NCBI GenBank assembly: GCA_963758295.1
Contig: CAVWUU010000003.1
Coordinates: 32,001 to 96,000, forward strand
DNA from: Candidatus Eremiobacteria bacterium
Lineage (GTDB): Bacteria; Vulcanimicrobiota; Vulcanimicrobiia; Vulcanimicrobiales; Vulcanimicrobiaceae
Direction of reading: 5' to 3'
DNA length: 64,000 nt
The position numbers and the translations under genes are program-made. Shown in pieces: positions 1 to 10,995 of the stretch (positions are counted from its first letter, which is position 1; each line of letters starts with the position of its first letter). Below the pieces are notes generated by a model. It saw nothing but the letters and a program-made list of their open reading frames with translations, was not told where the DNA came from and made no database searches.

Positions 1-1047
1 TTGTTCTAAATACGATTGCGTTGCGTCGACGACCACGATGTCGCGCTCGACTTTGGTATTTACGAGTTTCGCGGCAAACTTGCCGTTCGGAACGGCAACC
101 ATGGAAGCACGGAGCGCATTGAAGTCCACGCGCTGCGGGTCCTCGGCGGGAAGCAAATCGGCGTTATGTGTCGACGCCAAAATCTTCAGGCTCGCCAAAT
201 CGCACGCCGAAGCCGGCAGCACTTCGAGCGCGAGATCGAACGCCGCGGCGACCGGCGCACTGCGTGTAAGAAAGACCGGCGCATCGACGTCGGGTGTCAC
301 GATCGCCACTGCCGTCGACGTGCTGGCGGCCGAAACGATCGGGATCGTCAAATCGTCGATCGTTCGCAGCAGCAGTTCGCGCAGCATGGTGAGCGTCGAC
401 TCTTTGAAGATGCCGTTGCCTGCGCGCTCGATGTCTGCGTCGGGTACGACCTTGCCTTGGTGGAGGCGTTCGAGCAGCAGCTCGGGAGAAGCATCGAGGG
501 CGATGACGTCGTCGGCGCCCTTGAGGAACGACATCGGCACGACTTCGCGTACGGGAAACCCCGTCAGCGTCTCGGCAGTCGCAGAGACCGTTTCTAAATG
601 CTGAATGTTGAAGGCGCCGAGCACCGAAATCCCCGCCTGGCGGAGCGCCATCGCATCCTGCCATCGCTTTCCGTTCAGCGAATCTGCGAGATTGCCGTGC
701 GCCAATTCGTCGAGAATGACGACATCGGGTTTCGCGGCAATCGCCCCCTGCAAATCAAACTCTTCGAACGTCTGGCCGCCGGTGTTTACTTGCCGGGATG
801 GAATGCGCGGAAACTCTTGCGCCAAACGCTCGAGATCCGGACGCCCTTTCGTCTCGATCCAGCCGATTGCGACGCGCCGTCCCGAGATCTGCAAGCGGCG
901 TCCGTCGGTAAGAAGCCTCCGCGTCTTTCCGGCGCCGGGCGCAGCGGCGATATACACCGTCAGACGGGCCCGTTCGCCGAACTCGCGCAGCAGTTGGGTA
1001 GTCGAACTGCGACGGCGTTCTTCGAGTTCGTCCGGGGAGAGATCCAT
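1..1047 (-). CDS. KdpD N-terminal sensor domain protein (partial; runs off left edge)
   Basis: Manual minus-strand translation from ATG at 1047: MDLSPDELEERRRSSTTQLLREFGERARLTVYIAAAPGAGKTRRLL, resembling the KdpD-N Walker A-like motif; no stop before base 1, so absent from the ORF track. Confidence 0.75.
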   Translation of the reverse strand, partial: MDLSPDELEERRRSSTTQLLREFGERARLTVYIAAAPGAGKTRRLLTDGRRLQISGRRVAIGWIETKGRPDLERLAQEFPRIPSRQVNTGGQTFEEFDLQGAIAAKPDVVILDELAHGNLADSLNGKRWQDAMALRQAGISVLGAFNIQHLETVSATAETLTGFPVREVVPMSFLKGADDVIALDASPELLLERLHQGKVVPDADIERAGNGIFKESTLTMLRELLLRTIDDLTIPIVSAASTSTAVAIVTPDVDAPVFLTRSAPVAAAFDLALEVLPASACDLASLKILASTHNADLLPAEDPQRVDFNALRASMVAVPNGKFAAKLVNTKVERDIVVVDATQSYLEQ

Positions 1048-1124
1048 GGGCCTGCACGATTCGCCGCGGCCTGTCGCACATACCCGCCGCAGGCGGGCCC
1101 TTCAAGGGCGCGAAGCGAGTTCTA

Positions 1125-2660
1125 GTGATCGCGCCGCTGTGCTACGCGCTCCTGATCCTTGCTTGGATCGTGGACCTTCTTACGCCGCAATCGTTCGTCG
1201 CGGCAATCTTCCTGAACGGACCGATCGCGCTTTCGGCGCTCGCTTTGCGAACGCGCTTGACGCTGCAGCTAACCGTGCTTGCGGAGCTGGCAAACGTCGT
1301 GGCCGGCTATGTCAACGGCATGCAGGCCGGCGGCCATTGGGACGCGATTGCGCTCGGCGATCGGGGGATTTCCGCCGCGACGTTCCTGTTGGTAGGCGCC
1401 TTGACGATGCGGGCGCAGGAAAGCGCGCGGCGCGCAGGAGAGAGCGAAGAACGGCGGCGTGGAATCGAACGTGAACGATCGTTGCGCCACGCAATGGAAA
1501 ACGTGCGGGCGACGCTCAATTTGGAGCTGGTGATGCGTGCCGCCGTGCGTGAAGCACAACGGCTTACCGGCGCGGAACATGTCGCTCTTATCGTGAAAAA
1601 GTCCGCACTCGACGTTCCCGATACGTACGAGATCCGTTCGGACAGCGATGAAATCGAATTGCGGCGGGCGCCCTTGACGCCGGAAGTAGCTTCGCTGGTA
1701 GAGCGTGCCCGAGGGGAAGAAACGTTCGTTCGGGTCAGTGCCAAGGACCCGCTCGGACGGCTCCTAGGCGAGAATGCGTTCGTTGCGGCGCTTAATCTGG
1801 ACGAAGCGGGGATTGCTTTGCTGATCGGGTGGGGCGAACGCGTTCCAACCGAAGACGATAGAAGCAGCGTTCTCGCTTTCGTAGCAAATCTCGGCATTGC
1901 GTTGCGTCAAGCACGCCTATTCATCCGCTTGGCGGAGCAGAACGAACAGATCGCGCAGCAGAAGGACGAACTCCAAGGCCGCAACGACGTGATTCGCGAC
2001 ATCGTTTATGCACTAGCGCACGACCTGCGCACGCCGCTTGCCGCGGCCGATTTGACGATGACGCAAGCGCTAGAAGGCGCGTACGGGGAGCTGCCGCCGC
2101 GTTATCGCGAAATTCTTCGTACGGCGATCTCTTCAAACGTCGACGTCCGCCGTTTGGTGGAAACGCTATTGCTCGTGGCAAGGTACGAAGCCGGCGAAGA
2201 TTCGCAATTGAGAATGGCCGAGTCGGTTCTGCCTCTCGTTATGCGCGTTACGGAGGAGTTGCGGCCAATGGCCGACGTGAAGCGCATTTCCCTGACCGTG
2301 ACGCCGCAGAGCCGCCCTACTTTCGTCCTCGTGGATCCGAACGAGCTTCGCCGGGCAATCACAAATTTGGTTGCAAACGCCATTGAAGCGACGCCGGCGA
2401 ACGGCCATGTGAGCGTCGGCGCTTTCGAACGCGAGGGAAGCGTAGTTGTAGAGGTGATCGACGACGGCTACGGCGTGCCGCCGGCGAAACGGCCGGCGCT
2501 GTTTCAGCGCTTCAGCGGCGTACGCACCGGCGGCGGAACGGGGCTAGGGCTCTACATCGTCCGCAGAATCGCGGAAAAATACGGCGGTGCGGCAGGCTAC
2601 ATGCCGCGGGAGCCCGGAAGCCGATTTTTCTTGGAGCTGCCGAAGGTAACGTCGGTATGA
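1125..2660 (+). CDS. membrane sensor histidine kinase (TM + GAF-like + HisKA + HATPase)
   Basis: H-box AHDLRTPL, N-box NLVANAI, G-boxes DDGYGV and GTGLGLYI. Confidence 0.9.
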   Translation: MIAPLCYALLILAWIVDLLTPQSFVAAIFLNGPIALSALALRTRLTLQLTVLAELANVVAGYVNGMQAGGHWDAIALGDRGISAATFLLVGALTMRAQESARRAGESEERRRGIERERSLRHAMENVRATLNLELVMRAAVREAQRLTGAEHVALIVKKSALDVPDTYEIRSDSDEIELRRAPLTPEVASLVERARGEETFVRVSAKDPLGRLLGENAFVAALNLDEAGIALLIGWGERVPTEDDRSSVLAFVANLGIALRQARLFIRLAEQNEQIAQQKDELQGRNDVIRDIVYALAHDLRTPLAAADLTMTQALEGAYGELPPRYREILRTAISSNVDVRRLVETLLLVARYEAGEDSQLRMAESVLPLVMRVTEELRPMADVKRISLTVTPQSRPTFVLVDPNELRRAITNLVANAIEATPANGHVSVGAFEREGSVVVEVIDDGYGVPPAKRPALFQRFSGVRTGGGTGLGLYIVRRIAEKYGGAAGYMPREPGSRFFLELPKVTSV

Positions 2661-3289
2661 GCCCGTTGCGCCCGCGCGTCGTCATTATCGAAGATCACGC
2701 GCTTACGCGTGAAGGGATGAAGACGGCGCTTTCCGCCGGGTTCGACATCGTCGGCGAAGCGCCGGACGGCATTTCCGGTCTGAGCCTAGTCGAAACTTCG
2801 CGGCCCGACGTCGCAATCGTCGATTTGGGGCTTCCGGGGCTGGACGGCGTCGAACTCACGCGGCGCATTCGCGAACGCGTTTCCGGAACGCATGTGGTCA
2901 TTGTCACGATGGTCGACGTGGAAGAAGAAGTGATTGCCGCATTGGCGGCCGGCGCCGATGCATATTCTTTGAAGTCGGCGCCCGCTCAAGCGTTAGCGGA
3001 TGCGGTTCGCATTGCCGGCGAAGGCGGCGCATACTTCGATCCCCGCATTGCGCACGTGGTACTCTCGCGGTTCGCTCCGCGTCGCGAAATTTCGCCGGGG
3101 CCGCTGACGCCTCGCGAACGGGACGTGCTGGCGCTCATTTCCGAAGGACACGGCAACACGGAAATCGCGAGCGAATTACACATTGGGCTCGGGACGGTGA
3201 AAGGTCACATCCGCGATATTCTGGAGAAGCTTTCCGCGGCCGATCGCACGCAGGCGGCGGTGACGGCACTCCGGCGCGGTTTGATTTAA
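2657..3289 (+). CDS. NarL/LuxR-family response regulator
   Basis: REC domain (IIEDH, VDLGLPG) and LTPRERDVL...TVKGH HTH; overlaps kinase stop. Confidence 0.92.
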   Translation: MSPLRPRVVIIEDHALTREGMKTALSAGFDIVGEAPDGISGLSLVETSRPDVAIVDLGLPGLDGVELTRRIRERVSGTHVVIVTMVDVEEEVIAALAAGADAYSLKSAPAQALADAVRIAGEGGAYFDPRIAHVVLSRFAPRREISPGPLTPRERDVLALISEGHGNTEIASELHIGLGTVKGHIRDILEKLSAADRTQAAVTALRRGLI

Positions 3290-3984
3290 CGGACCGGCTG
3301 CGCGCAGCCGAAGATCGCTTGCAGTTTCTCGGCGGCGCCGTTCTTCACGACGGCGACGATCTTGTCGTTCAGGCGCAACTGGGTGTCGCCGGTCGGAATA
3401 ACCATTTCCGCCTCGCTCTCGCGTTCAATCGCAACGATCACGCTATTGCGCGGCAACGAAAGTTCTGCGAGGTGTTTGTTCAGAACGGGCGATTCTTGGC
3501 GGACGGTCATGCGAACGAGGCTCAAGTTTCCGGTACCGAACAAATGCATCGTCTCCAGCGCCGCGCGATAACTGGCGGCGTTCACGTGTTCGTTCAGCAC
3601 GTCGAGGATGATTTCAGTCGAAGAAATGACCGTAATCGGATCCTCGGGATCCAAGGAGAGAAAAATCTCTTTGTTGCGCGGGTTGTTCACGCGGGCGATG
3701 CAGCGCGCTTGCGATTTCTTCTTCGTAAGCAGGACGACGACCAGGTTGTCCTCATCGTCGCCCGTGTCGGCCACCACTACGTCGGCGCGGTTCACCCCGG
3801 CCGCTTCGAGGACTGTTGGGTCGCAGCCGTCGCCGACGACGGTGATTTGGCGGTCGATCAGCGTTTCGAGGGCCTTGGCTTTCTTCTCGACCTTCTCGAC
3901 TACCACGACTTCATGGCCTTGGTTGATGAGCGCGCGGGTTAGGTACGAGCCCACTTTGCCGCCGCCGACGATTAGAATGAACAT
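3286..3984 (-). CDS. trkA: TrkA/KtrA-family potassium uptake regulatory subunit (RCK_N + RCK_C)
   Basis: IVGGGKVG Rossmann motif, TGDDEDNL, C-terminal IPTGDTQL. Confidence 0.9.
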   Translation of the reverse strand: MFILIVGGGKVGSYLTRALINQGHEVVVVEKVEKKAKALETLIDRQITVVGDGCDPTVLEAAGVNRADVVVADTGDDEDNLVVVLLTKKKSQARCIARVNNPRNKEIFLSLDPEDPITVISSTEIILDVLNEHVNAASYRAALETMHLFGTGNLSLVRMTVRQESPVLNKHLAELSLPRNSVIVAIERESEAEMVIPTGDTQLRLNDKIVAVVKNGAAEKLQAIFGCAQPVR

Positions 3985-4659
3985 TTATGCCGTTTTCGCC
4001 TGAGGCGTTACGCCTTGGAACATCTGCGCGAATTCGCTGATTGCTTCCGGCGCGACGATTGCGTTGACTTCGTCTCCTACCTCTAAGACGAGATCGTTGT
4101 ATGCCACCATGACGCCGCTCGAGCCGCGACGGATGGCGGCGATGCGAATGCGCCCGGGGGCTTCGATGTCGCCGACTCGTTTGCCGGCGTCCGCTTCGGT
4201 TACCGTCGCTGCGAGCGACGTGACCTTTCCAAAGTCGAAGGAGTGCACGGGATCCCACGGCGCTTCCATGAGCGTGTCGCGGATCAACTTTGCACCGACG
4301 GTGGTCGGTACGACGGTTTGAATGCCTAGCTCGCGATACATCTGCCCGCGGGGCGGATCGTAAATGCGCGCTACGATGCGTTTGATCTTGAACATTCGCT
4401 GCGCGATGAGCGCCGCCATAATGTTGCGGTTGTCGCCGTCGGTGCAGGCAACGAAGCCGTCTGCCGACGCTGCGCCGGCGCGCTTGAGAACATCGTAGTC
4501 TATACCGGTGCCTACTACGACGTGTCCTTTGAACTTTTGACCGAGCCGTTTGAATGCCGCGGGGTTTTCATCTACGACGATGATCTCGTTGCCGTCGGCA
4601 TCGAGAAGTTTTGCGAGTAAAGAGCCGACGCGTCCGCAGCCGACAATGAGATATCTCAT
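3985..4659 (-). CDS. trkA: TrkA/KtrA-family potassium uptake regulatory subunit
   Basis: IVGCGRVG, TDGDNRNI, ARIYDP motifs. Confidence 0.9.
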   Translation of the reverse strand: MRYLIVGCGRVGSLLAKLLDADGNEIIVVDENPAAFKRLGQKFKGHVVVGTGIDYDVLKRAGAASADGFVACTDGDNRNIMAALIAQRMFKIKRIVARIYDPPRGQMYRELGIQTVVPTTVGAKLIRDTLMEAPWDPVHSFDFGKVTSLAATVTEADAGKRVGDIEAPGRIRIAAIRRGSSGVMVAYNDLVLEVGDEVNAIVAPEAISEFAQMFQGVTPQAKTA

Positions 4660-4744
4660 GGGCAGAACGTAGGGTTCAAGCGCCCCGGTTTTTCCCCTGG
4701 CGGCAGGAGCTGAACCTAAACTTCAGAATAAGCGGGAGTTTTGT

Positions 4745-4818
<74 letters not shown>

Positions 4819-4830
4819 TATTCTCTAGCC

Positions 4831-4860
4831 CGGGGCTTGCGATATCCATCGCGAGCCCCG
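4831..4860 (+). terminator. GC-rich hairpin after tRNA-Pro
   Basis: CGGGGCTTGCGAT-atcc-ATCGCGAGCCCCG; no clear U-tract. Confidence 0.5.
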
Positions 4861-4889
4861 GAACATTCCTAGGGTAATGACGCTCAAGC

Positions 4890-5297
4890 GTGTTCTCGCA
4901 ATTTAGCCCGGCCTCATGGCGCGTTCTGCGCGCAGCAGAACAAGAGTGCCGAAATCACAACCATTATTACGTCGGTGCCGAGCACCTAATGGTTGCATTG
5001 CTCGAAGAGCGCGATCCGCAGATCATGGACGAACTGTCCGCATCGGGAGTCGACGTGCGCGATGTCCATGCCGAAGTGCGGCGCAGCTTGGGTACGGGCG
5101 AAGAGCGGCTCTGGGAAGGCATCCTCGTAACGCCGCGCGTACGGAAGATCATTGCGCTAGCGGAAGACTCCGCAGGCGAGCATCCGGTCGATCCGGTGCA
5201 TCTGTTTCGCGCGTTACGCGCCGAGGGCGGAAGTCTAGCGGCGGAAGTTTTGCGGCGCACGGCTGCTTCTCGAAACACCGCCGGCCTGGCCGAGTAA
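4890..5297 (+). CDS. stand-alone Clp N-terminal (repeat) domain protein
   Basis: MFSQFS...AEQEC...HYYVGAEHLMVALL and TPRVRKII, as in ClpC N-domains; no AAA+ module. Confidence 0.8.
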   Translation: MFSQFSPASWRVLRAAEQECRNHNHYYVGAEHLMVALLEERDPQIMDELSASGVDVRDVHAEVRRSLGTGEERLWEGILVTPRVRKIIALAEDSAGEHPVDPVHLFRALRAEGGSLAAEVLRRTAASRNTAGLAE

Positions 5298-5307
5298 GCA
5301 CGCAAGC

Positions 5308-5925
5308 GTGGAACATCTTCAAAGCAGCATCATTGCGCTCGTCGATCACTTTGGATACGCCGGGCTTTTCATCGGCATGGCGCTCGGAAACATCGGCGCA
5401 CCTATCGGCAGCGAAATCGTTCTGCCGGTCGCCGGAGGCCTAACGGCCACGGGTCATCTACCGTTTCTGTGGCTCACCATCGTCACGGCCGTCGCCGGCG
5501 AACTCGTCGGCGGGACGATCGGATACGCGGTCGGGCGCTTCGGCGGACGTCCACTGGTTGACAACTACGGCAAGTACGTTCACTTGACGCACGAAAACCT
5601 CAACCGCGTTCACGCGTTCTTCGAGAAGTACGGAAACTTCGCGATCTTCATTTGCCGCTTCGTTCCGGTGATTCGCGGAATCGTTTCGATCCCTGCCGGA
5701 CTCGCCGAGATGGATCTCGGACCCTTTTACTTTTGGTACTTCCTCGGTTCGCTGGGCTTTTGCGGCGGCTTGATCTTGGCAGGCAGTGCTTTTGGCGGAC
5801 ATCTCGACGAAATGCTGCCGCTCATTCACAAGTCGGGGCTAGTCGTACTCGCCGTTGCGGTCGCGGTCGTTATCGCGGCCCTACTTATCGTTCGCGCTCG
5901 CGCTAAAACGCCGCAAGTCCGTTAG
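5308..5925 (+). CDS. DedA family membrane protein
   Basis: PIGSEIVLP...GYAVGRFGGR...ICRFVPVIRGIVSIPAG. Confidence 0.92.
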   Translation: MEHLQSSIIALVDHFGYAGLFIGMALGNIGAPIGSEIVLPVAGGLTATGHLPFLWLTIVTAVAGELVGGTIGYAVGRFGGRPLVDNYGKYVHLTHENLNRVHAFFEKYGNFAIFICRFVPVIRGIVSIPAGLAEMDLGPFYFWYFLGSLGFCGGLILAGSAFGGHLDEMLPLIHKSGLVVLAVAVAVVIAALLIVRARAKTPQVR

Positions 5926-7189
5926 GCGCGCCGCGGCCGGTGGGCCCGTCGTACCCGGTGCCCGCTTCGCAAGCGACGCTGGGCGTGCAATAGCCGTTGT
6001 TTCCTTGCGTGATATCGTAGAACGCGCTTTGCGGCGCGGTCCAAAGGCTGCGCCCGGCGTTAGCCGCTAACGTCCCGGCATTGTTCGCGAGCGCGTAGAT
6101 CGATGCCACGAGCGGCGATGCCGCGCTCGTGCCGCCGTCGACGAACCAGCCGCCCGCGTTGCCTGCGCTTCCCGTGTAAGTGTTCCAAACCCAGAGGCCC
6201 GGATTGAACGGATCGGCAAACGCCGCGACGTCGGATTCCATGCGATTGATGCAGCCGGTGACGTTCGCGTTTTGCCACGACGGGCGCGCGACGTCTTTGC
6301 TGCAGCCGCTGCCGCCGTTGCTCCATGCGAACTCGTCCCAACCGCGGGCGCTCGAAGTGTCCTGGTACAACGACGTTCCGCCGACCGCGACGACGCTGCT
6401 GTAGCTCGCCGGTTGTTCGGGACCGCCGTAATAGCTGTCGTCGCCGGTGCTTGCCGTGATGAACGTATTCGGATGCGTGTAATGGGAACTTGCCGCTTGA
6501 TATTCGGGACCGCCGTAAGAGTTTGAAATCGCTGTTGGATTCAGCGCCGCGGCGGTGTCTTCGGCCGACGCGAGATCGCTCGCGCTGTTGCTGTTCGCTT
6601 CAACGAGCACAATGCGGCAGTTCGGGCAGGTCGCCGAAACGACGTCGAGATCCAGGGCGATTTCGCCGGCCCAGCCGGTATTGGTTTGCGGATAACTCGC
6701 TTGCGCGCCGCCTTGATTCAATTTCTTGAAACAGCCGTTCGCGCTGGTGCACGCCGCCAGGCCAAAATAGCTGCGGTAGTGCGCCATATCGCTCTCGGCA
6801 TTTGGATCGTCGTACGCATCAACGATAGCGACGACGGCGGCGCCGTTTCCGGCCGACGGCAGATTGTAAACGCGTGCAATGTCCGCTGGACGCAGAGGTC
6901 CCGAATACGAGCTGCCGTTATCCATCCGGTGAAGGCTCAGCGACTTGATCATCGGCTGAATCGACGATGCGTCGTTACGAATCAAGGCATAGCATGTCAT
7001 GAACCCCGCCGTAGCTGCGGGACAAGCGTGTTGCAGCGCCGTTGTCGACGACGGCGGTGTGATCGTGCCGCCGCCGCTTCCGGCCGTTCCGCCCCCGGTC
7101 CCGGGCAACGCGCTCGAACCGCCGCCGCCACCGCAGGCCGCGAGGCAAAAAGCGAATACAACGAGCGCAAAAGCTCGCAAATTTTTCAT
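5903..7189 (-). CDS. lipoprotein S8/S53 (sedolisin-like) serine peptidase
   Basis: Lipobox LAAC; VAIVDAY, GEIALDLD, ASTGD, GGTSAASP, GYDGPTGRG. Confidence 0.85.
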   Translation of the reverse strand: MKNLRAFALVVFAFCLAACGGGGGSSALPGTGGGTAGSGGGTITPPSSTTALQHACPAATAGFMTCYALIRNDASSIQPMIKSLSLHRMDNGSSYSGPLRPADIARVYNLPSAGNGAAVVAIVDAYDDPNAESDMAHYRSYFGLAACTSANGCFKKLNQGGAQASYPQTNTGWAGEIALDLDVVSATCPNCRIVLVEANSNSASDLASAEDTAAALNPTAISNSYGGPEYQAASSHYTHPNTFITASTGDDSYYGGPEQPASYSSVVAVGGTSLYQDTSSARGWDEFAWSNGGSGCSKDVARPSWQNANVTGCINRMESDVAAFADPFNPGLWVWNTYTGSAGNAGGWFVDGGTSAASPLVASIYALANNAGTLAANAGRSLWTAPQSAFYDITQGNNGYCTPSVACEAGTGYDGPTGRGAPNGLAAF

Positions 7190-7298
7190 GACACGCTCCA
7201 ACGAATCGGATGAACTCAAAGTTCTCTCCGTTTTTTCTTATCGGCGTAAAATCGGCAAATTGCAGGAGACCGACCGAAAGCGAAGGACGGCTCGCTTG

Positions 7299-8897
7299 TT
7301 AGGTCAGGCCGTCATAGCCTTTTTCCAACCAGCGGAGCGCCGCTGCACGACGCCGGCGTAAACTTTCGACGGTTGCTTGGGCGATAGGGCCGCCGAATCG
7401 TTGGTTCAGCGTTGTGTGGATCTTGCGATGCTCGATTCTGAAGCGCTGGGAGACCTGCGCGACCAGCGCCGAAAGCGACGCACGCAATAGCTCTTTTTCT
7501 TCAGCGATGCTGAGGACCGGTTCGGGCTCCGGCTCGGTTTCTTCGTGTGGTTCTAACGTTGCGACTCGCGCTGCGACGTGCAGGGCGTCTTCCAGGTAGG
7601 CGCTGGGATTGAAGAGCGGTCCGTAGTCCAAGACGCGTTCGCCGTCGACGTTGGCGGCAATCGCCTCAAAGTGATTGTCAGCTTCGCTCGCGTTCGGTCT
7701 GCAAGCGTTGCGCCAGCTCCAGCTCTTCCAGTTCGCGCTTGACGTGAAGCACGCCGCGGACGTCGGCGGTTACGCGAGCTGCAAGTTCGCGTAAGCGCTG
7801 ATCGTCGGGGAGATAGACGAACGCCTGTTGCATGCCGCCTTTTTGCGCACGAACGAAGCGGCCGCAAAACTGGCGAAAATACATTTCCGTCACGACGTTG
7901 CTGGCATAGACGCCGACGCGCAGACGCGGGATATCGACGCCTTCGGAAACCATATGCACCGCAACGATCCAGGGATCGTCGCTGCGCGCGAACGATGCAA
8001 TTCTTCGCGAGGCGTCATCTTCGTCGGAAAGGACGATCGCCGGCTTTGCGCCCGTACGCGCTTCCACAAAGCCGGCGAGAAAACGCGCGTGCTCTTGATT
8101 CATCGCAATTGCCAGTGCGCCCGCGTCGGGATGCTCGCCACGGCGCAATTGCATCAGCGCTAGCGTGCGCCTTTGTCGATGACGTCGCCGATCCAGGCTT
8201 CGTGCACGAGCACGGTGCGCAGCCGTTCGCTCATGCGGCTCTTCGAGCGCAGCGCTTGGTCGAACGAAGAGGCGTGCAATTCGCCATCCTTGCTGACCCA
8301 TTCGGCGTAACCGCCCTGCAACGGAAAAACGAGGGGCGGCAAACGCCGTCTCTGAGTGCGTCGGCGTAATCGTACGAGAAATCCGGCATGCATTCGCCAC
8401 GCTGATAGTGAACGAATGGAATGGCGCTTCCGTCCGAGCGGAACGGGCGTTCCGGAAAGGCTGATACGGTGAACGGCGCCGCCGAAGGCGTCCTTCAACG
8501 CGGCTCCCCAGCTCGCAGCGTCGCCCGCGTGGTGAATCTCGTCGAGCACGACGAGGGTTGGGACATTTGCAAGACGTTTGTATAGATGCGGCGCCGCAGC
8601 GATCTGTTGATAGGTGATCGCGGCGCCGTGTACGTCGCTCGCCAGCGCGCCCGCGGCATTCTCGAATCGGTGATCGATGCGAATGCCCGCCTGCGCCATA
8701 GCGGCCGCCGTTTGCGCTTTAAGGTGTTCGCGCGGAACGACCACGAAGATGCGGCGCGCGCGGCGTTCGGCAAGCACCGCGTGTGCCAAGCGCGCGGCAA
8801 AGCGGGTCTTGCCGGCACCCGGCGTCGCCACGATGAGCGCGTCGCGCGGCTGCTCGGACCACCAAGCGTCGAATGCTTCGCGCTGCCAACGCCGCAA
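7299..8897 (-). CDS. DEAD/DEAH-box (ResIII-like) helicase, frameshifted in this assembly
   Basis: Pieces 8160-8897 (ATPGAGKT, DEIHH, LSGTP), 7678-8400 (MVSEGVDIPRL, RQFCGRFVR), 7299-7631; TTG start after GGAGG. Confidence 0.8.
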
Positions 8898-8995
8898 CGC
8901 CAGCCTCCATCGCTGAACTGACCTTCCATCATGGGAAGCCGCTCTGATTCAAAGCCTTCGGGGCCGTCGCCTCGAAGGAATGTGATACCGACATC

Positions 8996-10995
8996 ATGAC
9001 GACGACCGGACAAGCACGCACCCTCGAGCAAACCCTCGCGCAGATTCCCGACTCGCCGGGCGTTTACCAAATGATTGCACGAGACGGGACGATCCTTGTA
9101 TATCGGGAAAGCGGTTTCGCTGCGCAATCGCGTGCGTTCGTACTTCCAGGACTCCGCCGCGCACCACATCCGCACGCAAGCAATGGTGGAGCGCGTCGCC
9201 GACGTTCGCACGATCGTCGTCAACAACGAAGTCGAAGCGCTGATTCTCGAAGCGAATCTGATCAAGCGGCATCAGCCGCCCTTCAACGTCCGCCTTCGCG
9301 ACGACAAGCGGTATCCGTATCTTGAAGGTGACGAACGAGCCGTTTCCCCGCGTCGTATTTACGCGCATGGTTAAGGACGACGGCGCGCGCTATTTCGGCC
9401 CGTACACGAACGCTCACGGCCTGCGGGAACTGATCGACCTCGTGCGTTTGGTCTTTCCGTTGCGCACCTGCCGCGAGCCCATCGACGGGCGCCGAAAACG
9501 GCCGTGCCTGCAGTATCACATCAAGCGTTGCCTCGCGCCTTGCGTCGGCTATCAAAGCGAAGCCGGAGTACGACGCGCTGATCAACGAAGTCGTGCTATT
9601 TCTGGAAGGCAAACAAGACTCGCTGCTTCGGCGCCTTCAGGCCGAAATGGTGGAGTCGGCCGAAGGATTCAATTTCGAAGCGGCCGCGCGCATTCGCGAT
9701 CGCATCATTCAAGTGCGCCGCGTACCGGAGTCGCAAAAGGTCGTCTGGACGTCGCGGCTCGATATGGACCTGATCGCAATCGCGCGTTCGCAAGGCCAGG
9801 CGTGCATGCAAGTCTTCATGGTGCGCGGCGGCAAGCTCATCGGCCAGGAGCATTTCATTCTCGACGGCGTGCACGATCAATCCGACGCGGAATTAATGGA
9901 TGAGTTTCTGAAGCAGTTCTATACGGCCGAACCGCGAGCGCTCCGGAGAACGGCGTGCTTTCTCCGGCGCCGGGACGCATTGCGCGCGACAATCAAGTTC
10001 CCGTCCCGGTAAAACAACGCGCCCGCGCATCGCGCCGGCAGCGCGGCCGCCGTGCCAAAGGAAGTGCTTGTGCAAGAGCTTCCGCGCGAACGCGGCGTGA
10101 TCGAAGCGTGGCTGACGACGCTGAAAGGCCAGCGCGTACGCATGCTGAACCGCAACGCGGTTCGCGCGCCGACTACATGCGGCTGGTGCAGAAGAACGCC
10201 GAACAGAACCTGAAGGCCTTCTTAGTGCATCAAGAAGTGCAGGAGACCGCGCAAGCCCTTTCGTTGACGGAGCTTGCCGATGCGTTGGAGCTTCCCGAGC
10301 CGCCGCATCGAATCGAGTGTTACGACATCTCGAACATTCAAGGCACGAACCCGGTATCTTCGATGGTCGTATTCGTCGAAGGGCGCGCGAAGAAGAGCGA
10401 GTACCGCAAGTTCAAAATTCAGTACGATAAGGGCCCAAACGACTTTGCGATGATGCAAGAGACCTTGCGACGGCGCTTACGCTATTTGCGCGCGCGAAAC
10501 GGATTCCGAAACAAACGGCCCCGAACGCGAGCTTGCGAAAAAAGAAAAGTTCAACAAGAAGCCGGACCTGTTGCTGATCGACGGCGGCAAAGGGCAGTTG
10601 AACGCCGTGGTCGAGGTTCTCGAAGAGCTGGACATGACGGGTATTCCGGTTGCGGGTTTGGCGAAAGAACACGAGTGGCTGTATCTGCCCGGACAGGGCG
10701 AATCCGATCGTGCTGCCGCCCAACTCCGCGGGCTTGCATTTGGTCATGCGCATTCGCGACGAAGCGCACCGTTTTGCCGATCACGTATCACCGGCAGCGT
10801 CGCGCCAAAGCGATGACGCAGTCCGCCCTGGACGCGCTCGCAGGCGTCGGGCCGGTTCGCAAGAAACGGTTGCTTGCCGCGTTCGGGTCGGTCGCGGCGA
10901 TCAAGCGTGCGACGATCGACGAGATCGCCGCCATCAAAGGCATGACTCCCGCACTGGCAGCGCAAGTGAAGAGCGCGCTCGAAGGAGGTTCCTGA
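8996..10995 (+). CDS. uvrC: excinuclease ABC subunit C, multiple frameshifts
   Basis: [64 protein letters not shown] and HhH across successive frames. Confidence 0.92.

Noticed and set aside
16..1125. Long plus-strand ORFs here, and others such as 37000-38268, 18590-19894 and 51429-52571
   Set aside because: Antisense shadows of real genes in GC-rich DNA
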